DNA from: Macrostomum hystrix
Taxonomy: Eukaryota; Animalia; Platyhelminthes
DNA length: 64,000 nucleotides
Assembly: GCA_950097015.1 (NCBI GenBank)
Contig: CATNEN010000001.1
Location: forward strand, 9,982,001-10,046,000
Direction of reading: 5' to 3'
Part shown: piece by piece, positions 48,150-59,100 of the stretch
Position numbering within the stretch: the stretch's first letter is position 1
Layout: each line of letters starts with the position of its first letter
Notes under the pieces: model-generated
What the model was told of the DNA's origin: nothing
The model's input: only the letters and a program-made list of their open reading frames with translations
Database searches by the model: none
Translations under genes and position numbers: made by a program

Positions 48150-50962
48150 GGAAGAGATGAGACAGTGGAGAGATGAGACACATGATAGATGAGACAGGAA
48201 TGAGATGAGACACGGGATAGATGAGACAGTTGAGAGATGAGACAGGAAAGAGATGAGATAGGGGAGAGATGAGACACGGGATAGATGAGACAGTTGAGAG
48301 ATGAGACAGGAAAGAGATGAGATAGGGGAGAGATGAGACAGGGGATAGATGAGACAGATGGGAGATGAGACAGTTGGGAGATGAGACGGGAAAGAGATGA
48401 GACAGGGGAGAGATGAGACAGTTGAGAGATGAGACACGGGATAGATGAGACAGTTGAGAGATGAGACAGGAAAGAGATGAGACGGGAAAGAGATGAGACA
48501 GGGGAGAGATGAGACACGGGATAGATGAGACAGATGGGAGATGAGACAGTTGGGAGATGAGACGGGAAAGAGATGAGACAGGGGAGAGATGAGACACGGG
48601 AGAGATGAGACAGTAGAGAGATGACACAAGGGAGAGATGAGACACGGGAGAGATGAGACACGGGAGAGATAAGACACGGGAGTTATGAGACAGGAAAGAG
48701 ATGAGACAGGGGACTGATGAGACACGGGATATATGAGACAGTTGGGAGATAAGACAAGAAAAAGATGAGGCAGGGGAGAGATAAGACAGGGGAGATATGA
48801 GACAGTTGAGAGATGAGACAGGAAAGAGATGAGACAGGGGAGAGATGAGACAGAGGAGAGATGAGGCACGGGAGAGATGAGACAGGAGAGAGATGAGACA
48901 AGGGAGAGATGATACACGGGAGATATGAGACACGGGAGAGATGAGACAGGGGAGAGATGAGACAGTTGAGTGATGAGACAGGAAAGAGATGAGACACGGG
49001 AGAGATGAGACACGGGAGATATGAGACACGGGAGAGATGAGACAGGGGAGAGATGAGACAGTTGAGTGATGAGACAGGAAAGAGATGAGACAGGTTAGAG
49101 ATGAGACAGGGGAGAGATGAGACACGGGATATATGAGACAGTTGGGAGATAAGACAAGAAAGAGATGAGACAGGGGAGAGATGAGACATGGGAGATATGA
49201 GACAGGGGAGAGATGAGACAGGGGAGAGATGAGACAGTTGAGAGATGAGACAGGAAAGAGATGAGACAGGGGAGAGATGAGACAGAGGAGAGATGAGACA
49301 CGGGAGAGATGAGACACGAGAGAGATGAGACAGGGGAGAGAAGAGAAACACGAGAGAGAGATGAGACACGAGAGAGATGAGACAGGGGAGAGATGAGACA
49401 TGAGAGAGATGAGACAGGGGAGAGATGAGACAGGGGAGAGATGAGACACGGGATATATGAGACAGTTGGGAGATAAGACAAGAAAGAGATGAGACAGGGG
49501 AGATATGAGATAGGGGAGAGATGAGACAGGGGAGAGATGAGACAGGGGAGAGATGAGACAGTAAAGAGATGAGACAGGAAAGAGATTAGACAGGGGAGAG
49601 ATGAGACAGAGGAGGGATGAGACACGGGAGAGATGAGACAGGAGAGAGATGAGACAAGGGAGAGATGATATACGGGAGAGATGAGACACGGTAGAGATGA
49701 GACAGGGGAGAGATGAGACAGGGGAGAGATGAGACAGTTGAGAGATGAGACAGGAAAGAGATGAGACAGGGGAGAGATGAGACAGGGGAGATATGAGATA
49801 GGGGAGAGATGAGACAGGGGAGAGATAAGACAGGGGATAGATGAGACAGTTGAGAGATGAGACAGGAAAGAGATGAGACAAGGGAGAGATGAGACAGAGG
49901 AGAGATGAGACACGGGAGAGATGAGACACGAGAGAGAGATGAGACACGAGAGAGATGAGACAGGGGAGAGATGAGACACGAGAGAGATGAGACACGAGAG
50001 AGATGAGACAGGGGAGAGATGAGACACGAGAGAGATGAGACAGGGGAGAGATGAGACAGGGGAGAGATGAGACTGGGGAGAGATGAGACAGGGGAGAGAT
50101 GAGACAGGGGAGAGATGAGACAGGGGAGAGATGAGACAGGGGAGAGATGAGACAGGGGAGAGATGAGACAGGGGAGAGATGAGACACGGGAAAGAGATGA
50201 AACACGGGAGAGATGAGACAGGGGAGAGATGAGACAGGGGAGAGATGAGACAGAGGAGAGATGAGACAGGGGAGAGATGAGACAGGGGAGAGATGAGACT
50301 GGGGAGAGATGAGACAGGGGAGAGATGAGACAGGGGAGAGATGAGACAGGGGAGAGATGAGACAGGGGAGAGATGAGACAGGGGAGAGATGAGACAGGGG
50401 AGAGATGAGACAGGGGAGAGATGAGACTGGGGAGAGATGAGACAGGGGAGAGATGAGACAGGGGAGAGATGAGACAGGGGAGAGATGAGACAGGGGAGAG
50501 ATGAGACACGGGAAAGAGATGAAACACGGGAGAGATGAGACAGGGGAGAGATGAGACAGGGGAGAGATGAGACAGGGGAGAGATGAGACAGGGGAGAGAT
50601 GTGACAGGGGAGAGATGAGACAGGGGAGAGATGAGACAGGGGAGAGATGAGACAGGGGAGAGATGAGACAGGGGAGAGATGAGACAGGGGAGAGATGAGA
50701 CAGGGGAGAGATGAGACAGGGGAGAGATGAGACAGGGGAGAGATGAGACAGGGGAGAGATGAGACAGGGGAGAGATGAGACAGGGGAGAGATGAGACAGG
50801 GGAGAGATGAGACAGGGGAGAGATGAGACAGGGGAGAGATGAGACACAGGAGAGATGAGACAGGGGAGAGATGAGACAGGGGAGAGATGAGATAGTGTAG
50901 AGATGATACAATGGAGAGATGAGAAAAGGAGCAGAAAATGCATGAGATAGATAAGACAGGAG
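48150..50962. repeat. 16-bp minisatellite (gagatgagacagggga)n, ~2.8 kb
   Basis: Purine-rich tandem array, heterogeneous at left and homogeneous at right; source of the 962/635/441-aa pseudo-ORFs. Confidence 0.97.
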
Positions 50963-51231
50963 ACGTAAACGCAGGGTTTTTTTTACTATAAAAATTATGC
51001 ACAGTTTTTGTATTTCATATTGGAACTTGCGCTATCGCTTAAGTAACTTCTTACGTTATTTTCAAAGATCGTCGCGCTTATGCCAATGTACTTACAAGTT
51101 TTCCACGCAGGATATCCTTGATAAAACTGATATGTTTATAGCTCTTCATCAAAGTTGCAGTTTGACCAAGTCACTTTTGTAAATGTAAAGACTTTCACTT
51201 GAATTTCGATGTTAATTTCACACAGACAGAA

Positions 51232-51815
51232 GTATAGAATAATACCCCCCCTGATTTGGCCTAGGAAAGGCTGAGGACGCGTTTCTTGGCCGAGGCGAAG
51301 CCGAGGTCCAGAAGCGCAGTGCGAAGCCGTTCCAAGGCCATAGACAACGATTTCAGAGGGGTATTATAGTATTTAATCCTAAAGCTTGGCCCGGCTCACG
51401 AGATTGCAAACCTAAAACTGTTTATAGCAACTGTGACCATAGACTATATGTTTAATCGGCCTAGGCCGTTAAATCATTTAACCGCCTAGGCCGATTAAAT
51501 AATAAATGCACAGAATTAATAGCCAATAGGCCAATAGCCAATAGCCAATAGGCCAAGCTGGGGATTAAGTATAAGTTATCACCCACTTTTTTTATTTATT
51601 TTGGCCGGGAACGGCTGAGGACTCGTTTATTGGCCGAGGCCAATAGATAAGTCAAACAAGTGGGTGATAATGTATTTATTCCACAGTTGAAGCCAGATAA
51701 TTGTCACCGGACCAGATTAATGTTTATCTGTCCCGGCCAGATAAATTTCAACGGCCAAAAAAATAAATTTATCTGGTCTATGGGCCAATCCAACTGGGGA
51801 ATAAATAAGGCTATA
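51232..51815. mobile_element. Two adjacent hairpin-rich non-autonomous elements (ccgaggcgaagccgagg type, possibly Crypton-like)
   Basis: Nested inverted repeats: ataatacccccctga/tcagaggggtattat; palindrome tttaatcggcctaggc..gcctaggccgattaaa (51451-51499); ttatcacccactt/aagtgggtgataa; tatttattcc..agttg/caactggggaataaata. The motif ggctgaggac.cgttt.ttggccgaggc occurs twice. Confidence 0.5.
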
Positions 51816-52395
51816 AGTAAAAATGGCAATCGAACTGCTCACATTTTCGAGTATCGAGACAGAATGACAAATTGGGGGTTCCCCATTTGTAAGGGCAAAT
51901 TATTATTATTATTAAATCATTTCGCATTGGAAAATATCCAAAAGAGATTCTATGTAATCATATACGCTATACGAGCTACATTACTGTAACACGGTTTGCA
52001 GAAAGAATCAGAGAAACATTGCAGAGGATAATTCAAACATTCCAATTCAGTTAGGCGACCGTGGCCAGAAATCAAGGCAAGGTTTAGTGTGCTCAGATCA
52101 AACTTGCTTCCCGACAAGATCATGGTGAGCTCAGGTTGAGCTCTCTTGTGAGACGGCTGTTGTTCTCTGCTAGGTCGCATTGAGGAGAGTTCTAGATAAT
52201 AAATACAGACTCAGACTGTATCAGACTAAATGTTGCGACCCGCCCAGTCCCCCGCGGCACTCAAATCAGGCCAACTCTGCGAGGGGAGTGCCAGAATTTT
52301 TTTAGAATGTGTTTTAGACGAGCTCTGCCAAGTTTGATTAAAAAGCAAATTAGCACGGCAAACCAAACAGTGCGCGGTGTTGACCTGAGCGACTG

Positions 52396-55300
52396 TCAGA
52401 AGAGGAGATGAGCACCGAGTCGGGACTGATCGCTGCTCTCCAAGATGACTCGATGCTCCTTGACGAGCTTCTCAGCCTCAGCTCGGCAGAAGTTACGGTG
52501 TTCCTCCCGCGAACTGTACCAAGCCAAGGTCAGCAGCTCTTCCAGGTCGGGGTATGTCAGCAGCTCTTCGCGCCACTGGTTCGCAGCCTCCTCTTTCAGG
52601 CCAAAAAATTCGGCTTGCAAGCTCCAGGACAAGCACCGGAAGTTGATGTAGATGTGAGACGACTGCAGCTGCTCGGACAGTCTAGCGGTGAGCAGACTCT
52701 GTGTAAACTCTGGCAAAAAGTTCAAATTAAGTGGAAAGTCCAAAGTCCAGCTCGGAATGCAGAAGCGCCAAGCCCAATCTGAGCTGTCATCCTGTTCGAT
52801 GCCGAGTCGAATTGAGTCCGGATGCCAGCCTCGTTTCACATTGTGACCATTCAAGTCTAGCAGTAGAGCTCTAGCTTCATCAGCCCGATCAAACTTCAAG
52901 CAAGTCATCGCCTTCAGACACACGGCAGCGGACTTGCAAGTGTCTGGCAGCTCATTCAGTTTGCTCATGATTTGCTGGAAAGTGCTTCGGCCGCTAAACA
53001 GTTCTAGCAGAGTGTGCTCAACAGTCTGGTATAACTTGCCGAGTTGGCTCGCTCCAAACTCTGCTGTCTCTGGTCTAAAAGTACTTCGCCGAGGACTCAA
53101 TGGAAGCCAGGTGAACGGATGAAAGTGCAGCAAATTGGTTTGGAGTGGCTGCAAGAAATTAAATAGGTCATGGAAGACGAGCCAGATGTTGTTGTGCAGA
53201 TGGTCTAGCTCATTTCTGACGCGCTGTTTGCAGGCCTCCAAGCCCACAACCTCAGCATCTTTGACGTAAAGCCAGCACTCTCGCAAAAACGGGTGAGGCA
53301 TTGCTTTTTTATTTGAGTCGCTCTTCGCATCTAGGAAGGCTATCATCAGGCGCAGGGCCTCTCGGAACAGTTGTACTAAGTTCTCCGTCTGCCAGACAGT
53401 CTCACCGTCGCTACTGTGCCTTTTTAGCATGTGAAGCAACAGTGACTTGGCGTGGTAGCTCTTCAGGCCGAATCCGATTCTCTTCCTGAAGGTGAACTTT
53501 ATCAGCACAAACAGGTGGCCCTGCGTGTCATTCAGCTCCCTGATTTGTCGTCTTTCCCAGCAGTTTGAGCTGATTCGCAGCTCCCTCGAGCGGCCAGGAC
53601 GCACCGCCCTGACGAGACTCTCGGGATGGTAGATCAGGAGTGCGGACTCAGGACCCTGGCAGCAGGGAAAGGCGAAGCACAGGTCTGTCTGTGGACGAAC
53701 CCCGCATGCAGGCGACGTCAGCGCCGGCTGAGAGCCTGCAAATGATCAATAAGTTCAATAAACTGAACCGAATAATCAGATAATCAGCAATGCAGCAGCT
53801 AATAGAGTTTCAAGCCTTGATTTCTACACCTGCTGCTGCAGATACAAAATAATATAGGCGTGACTGTTGCGCCTGTTAATAGAAGCACTTTGCTGTTCAG
53901 TCTTACCATCTGAAACTGGAACTTGAGCGTAGCCGTCCTCGACTCGCAGCAGCTGGACAGTCGTGTCATCGCACTTGCAGTATCCTTCCAAGTGATAGGG
54001 GTGACGATCGATTACAAGCGTCCAATCGATGTCTGAGTCGACTGGAACTCTGCCATCAACTCTGTGCGGAATAATTCCCCAGACCTCTGAGAAGCTGCCA
54101 GCAACGATGATGTTTTCCCCAGTCACCGTCTTTGCCAGCTTTGACATGAAGTCCGCCATGCAGGCAAGACCTGTCATTCGCTGTGTCGTGAAGCCCGACT
54201 GCACTAACACTTTTGCCAACGCTTGGCTCTTCTCGACATCGTATCGCCAAAGGTCGAAGCTCGACCGAGCACTGAAAGTCGGTAAAAAACTAAGTGAGAA
54301 ATGGGCTTATAAAAAGTGCAGGATAACAACTCATTGTCATTCAGAATTAGGCAGAAAAAGCAATACGCAATGTTCTGAAGCGGTACAAAGCAGTGTGCTC
54401 ACCAAAGAGTGCTCAGAATGTTGCTATGGTTTCTTTGTTCCGCCAAATTGGCACAGCTTCTGTCCTTGTGGTCGCGATGATTGATGTCGGAGCCCAGCCT
54501 GAGGAGTTCTTGAACAGCACACGCGTGACCCTTGATGCACGCCCATGAAAGAGCGGTGAAGCCATGCTTGTCGATGCGGGTGACGGATGCCCCGTACTCT
54601 ACAAGGTTTGGAAGGAATGTGTGCTGTCCGTGCTTCGCTGTCATCATCAGTGCAGTTAGGCCGCTCTCGTCAGGTTCGTCCACGTCGACGAGATGTGGCA
54701 GCAGCTCCAATGCCAGACCAATATTTCCATTCGGAATGCACTGAAAGATTAGCTTCAACAGCAGACTAGGTTGCATCTGACGCAACAGTTTTTCATAGTT
54801 CAGAGGTCGGGGGTTATTCATTGTGAAACGGTTCAGCATTAGCACCAGCTCCTTGTTCTCAACAATCATGGATGCACAAATTGGGAGCTTCTCGCATAGA
54901 TGAAGTGCATTCGCATCTTTCATAACATTTAACGCTTCATGCAAATAGAGTGACTTCATCGAAGCACTGATCGTAGACTCCAGAACTTCGCCTATCACTG
55001 TGACCTCGCTGGCCCTTACGAGGAGCGGCAGGATGACCACGCAGCATTTGTAGCGCTCCTCCTCACTACTAATCTGATGAAAAAACGCACCGATGCATCG
55101 CCAATGATTCAGTTTGGCAGACTGTTCGTGAGCCTTGCGGAAGCTTTCATCTCGCATTGAATAGTTGGAGAGCTGCTTCACAATGCTCGATAGGCTGAGG
55201 ATGCTTCTGTGGTCGCTATCGCGAGTCCATGCAGCAATTTGACTGTCAACAGTTGATAAGCAATACCTGTCCCTGGCAGTGCTATTAGCCATTGACGCAA

Positions 55301-58300
55301 TTATGTTAACTGCGTGATCAAATTGTCCCAGTTGAATAGCCCAGTCAGCAACTCGAGCACGGTGGCCATCAACAAGTTCAAAACGGAAGTCGCCTATCGA
55401 TTGGAAGAACTGTGCTGCTTCTAACAACCTCTCTTGTTCGAACACCAAGTCAAGTGCTGCATGAAGGCAATGGTCTGCCACTGTCACCTCAACCAAACCT
55501 TTGATGAGTTCAGCAGCCCTTCTAGTTGAACCCTGTCGGATCATTTGCCTCGTCTGATCAGCGCAAAAGCATGCCTTCGAGTTCTGATCCCACAGTCCAT
55601 TAATGAATCGATGTGCAGATGCCAGCAAGTCCATATTGAGACTCACCGCTGCTGCTAACTTGCAGTACTTGTTCCTCAGTTGTTTATCAGGGCCAAGCAT
55701 CTCAAGCGCTTCGATCCAGACAGCTGGTTGGATACTTCGGACAAAGTATTCAAGGTGTTGGCCATTTTTATCAGTGCGAGACAAAAGAATGGCTTCGATG
55801 AGACAAACGGACTGCAAGTCGTCTGACAAGGTAGAAAGGAAGCGGCAAGCTTGATTTGAGCAGCCATGCTCAACTGCTGTCCTCACGGCATAGATACAAC
55901 AGTTCCTGTACATTTGAGAGTCGTCAGTAAAGGATAGTATGACTCCAACAGTAGCCATGTCTCCGATAGAAGCTGCACCATGGACTCCGACGAGCGGCTT
56001 TGGAAATTCCAACTGAGTCGCAATCTTAACGCAGCACTGTCTTCTGATGTGCGCATCTCGAATGTCACCAAGAACTGACTTTGCAAGGTCTAGGTAGCCG
56101 CCTCTTGCTGCCAGTATGGCACACTTTGAAGCTGTTGTGTCTCGCGCCAGCTCATTGTCTGCTAGGCACAGAAGAATTCGCTGAGCCTTCTCTAAGTGCC
56201 CACCAGAAGCAGCAATTTTTGCCTCTTTCACGCACCATTTATTCCTAATTCTGCTTTCACTAATCATTCCAACTGTTTCGCAAGCTTCATCCACATGACC
56301 TGTACTGACCTCTTCGCTGGCTTTTGTGCAGAAGCAATAATCTAGGTTTAGAGTTGCAATCGAGCTCCAGTTAGGGTCGGGTGAGAGTTTGGTTCTTGAG
56401 CACCACCTGATCGCTTCGCTTGTGTTTTTTATGCTGCGCACAAAGAGAGTCACCATCTCATCTTGCCTGCAATCCAGCGCGAACTGTGCAGCATCCAGCA
56501 GGCATCGTGTCTGCTCTTCTGCATTAGAAATGCTTTCGGCTACGACCTTAGCATTGTGCCAGAGCCGTCGACTAAAGAGCAGCTTTGCAGTATGAATTCG
56601 GAGGCCGTCCTTCAGCCTGGGCTCGTCGGTGTCATCCAACAAAGACTGAAAAATCGGCAGTAGAATTCCTGTTCGCTGAGCCTCCACTTCCAGTGGGCTT
56701 GCATTGCAGCACTTCATTCCTTCGTCTGGCTGCTCAGCGTGCTGCATTTCAACTACCTGCGCTGTCTGCTGCTCGGCAGGGCAACACCGAGTGCACTGAT
56801 CACAGGTGTGAATTATTGTGCGCCAGCTAATCGATACTCTCAGTCCGGTTGGCATCGCCATTAAAAGCTGGTTAGTGCAATTTCTGCAGCTTGATATGCT
56901 ACTCAGAGCGCTGTCTAAAACGCTTTGCTTTCTAGCCAAACCAGAAGCCTTTGAAATCACTGCAGCCGTCTCTGGCCAGTTTCCATGCTCAGCCGCAATC
57001 TTTGCTAATTTTTCGCAAAAGGAATCAATCAAGTTACCTGAAACTCTTAATTCAACCCATCTTGCCATTATACTGCTTGCAGTTTGCCAGTTTTTCTTTC
57101 GGGCCGCAGCCAATACCGACATCTCGAAGCAGCTATCGCGAGCTCTTTGAGTGTTGAGGCGGCCAAAGAAGTCTAGAAAGATCTCAAAATGACTCATGGA
57201 GGCTGCTAACTTGGCAGTTTCACAGCATCTGCAAATCCTGACTTGTGCGTCAGTGCTTTGGTTGAAGCTCAGACTCCAACATTCATTGGCTAATTGTTGC
57301 CAGCCCTTGAGGGCTGAGAGAAGAACTAGATTCCAGCAGTGCTCTTTCCTGGTGTCATCGTTGCTGATTTCTTGAAGTAGACGCACTGCAGTAGTGATAT
57401 TTTCGGAACTAATAGCTTCTTGAGCCACTCGAATCAGAGCCTGGTCTCTCAGTGAAGTCACTTGGATCCCGTTGAGTAGCCTGAGAGTCGAGAATGTTAA
57501 CAGGAATTCGGTTAGTTAGCTTTTGCGGCAAAACAGTCCAGTACATTAGCATGCTTTCATGAATGAATTCGGCCGACGTCGTGTCCTGTGGAAGATCGCA
57601 TTCTATTAAAAACCGATTAATGACTTCTGTCGATTTGTTTACAGCGGTAACCAAAAGTAAAGAGGTGGATACTTTTTGACCTTCAGTCACCCTTACGTGC
57701 TTCCTTCTAGTAGTCTTTGTTCTCATCACTGCAGCCAAGCAAACCAATGCGTCGATTGTAATCCAATGAGTTACTGGGAAACTATTTCAGAACTATTCAG
57801 AACTCAAGAACTATTTGACAGAAGTCATTAATCGGGTTTTAATAGAATGCGATCTTTCACAGGACACGACGTCGGCCGAATTCATTCATGAATTTACTTG
57901 TAATTTACTCGAAAGACGAATTCTACGGTGTGACAAATTGTACGGCAATAAACTTGGGCTAAGCTAAAAGTCTCGCGCATTTGAAAGCGTTTGCTCTCAA
58001 CTCACCTCAAAGCGTATTCTTCATACTCCGTCATTTTTACTGCCTTCAGTGCCAGATCCACAATGACTTCCGGCTGACCTTCAGGCAGCAAGCACCAATC
58101 TAGGAGTTGTCGTTGACCCAGTTTGAAGCCGCCATCGTTCAGCACAGACCGGCTGATGTCGCCAATGCATCTCTCCTGGATCTGACGATCTCTAATCGCT
58201 GCAACTATGGTCGCCGGTTCAAGTCTCACAGATGACAGCGAATCGATTCGAGTTGTGCCTTCGCTGTTAAGCTCAACTTCCGGCAGGCACGCAGACAAGT

Positions 58301-58343
58301 TGCTGCGGCCTGTGCAGATGTCCTCCACGATGCTTGTGTTCAT
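52396..58343 (-). CDS. Helical-repeat + ankyrin + Mab-21/cGAS-like (cGLR) nucleotidyltransferase fusion protein, ~1706 aa, 4 exons
   Basis: Exons 58343-58006, 57480-54403, 54271-53907, 53735-52396; GT-AG, phases 2/2/1 consistent (5121 nt). Ankyrin repeats GLTALMMTAKHG and GFTALSWACIKGH. NTase core IIVAGSFSE...DSDIDWTLV...TDLCFAFPC. Mab-21 C-lobe ELRISSNCWERRQI...FVLIK...LKSYHAKSLLLH...W..ENL...MPHPFL. Start codon uncertain (possible acceptor near 58380). Confidence 0.82.
57556..57892. mobile_element. MITE/foldback element with 76-bp near-perfect inverted arms in intron 1 of the cGLR gene
   Basis: 57556-57631 ttcatgaatgaattcggccgacgtcgtgtcctgtg...aatgacttctgtc is the reverse complement of 57817-57892 with only a few mismatches. 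Confidence 0.8.
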
Positions 58344-58811
58344 CGAGTGGCGTTGACAATACCCGGCCACGGTGGAGCCCTTGTTGAAGATAATTTTTAT
58401 ATTAATAGTTTCACGCAAAATTTAAGCAAAATGCATGCAGTGGTGCAGTGGTTAGTTAAGTACTTTTGAAAGCATTGCGTCAGCTCCAGTTTCAGCTGCC
58501 AATTAAAACACCAAGAAAACTGCCAAGACAAACAGTTTGTTTATCTTCAAAAATTAACTTAAATGTGTTGTCCAGCCAATTTTGGCTAGTAAAAACAGGA
58601 TATATTTTATTTCTCAGAACAAGCGTACCTTACAAGACAAATTTAAGAGGCTTCTAAGTAGGAGAAAGTCATCGCTGAAGCTTAAGAAGTCCAGGTAATG
58701 CCACTTTAATTTTGCGGCGGGTTTCAAATATACGGATAGCGTTTCGTTGATTTGTTCCTTTTAACTTGCGCAAAATGTTCCAAGACTTTTTTTACTTTTA
58801 GACAAACTGTG

Positions 58812-58945
58812 CACCTGTTAGGCACGCTTAACACCTGTTAGACACACTGTTCACCTGTTAGACACACTGTTCACCTGTTAGACACACTGTACAGTAGTTA
58901 GACACACTGTACACCCGTTAGACACACTCTACACCTGTTAGACGC
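58812..58945. repeat. 20-bp minisatellite (cacctgttagacacactgtt)
   Basis: ~6-7 degenerate tandem units. Confidence 0.8.
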
Positions 58946-59100
58946 TTAGCACGCGCTTTTTATTAGCTGCTGTACATTATTCGCGTTTTACGTAAAGTTC
59001 ACATCACTTTTGTGTTAAGCTTTGTTTAAATAAATTAAGCTTGGGCTAATTGGCAGCCTCTTATGTACAGCTTGAATCTGGAATTCGTAGACCAAGTTTG

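Noticed and set aside
48047-51002. Overlapping 200-960-aa ORFs (SHLSPVSSLPCLISPL), also at 8.1-8.9, 25.4-26.3 and 61.9-63.0 kb
   Set aside because: Stop-free strand of the 16-bp satellite; open in all three frames, which indicates an artefact.
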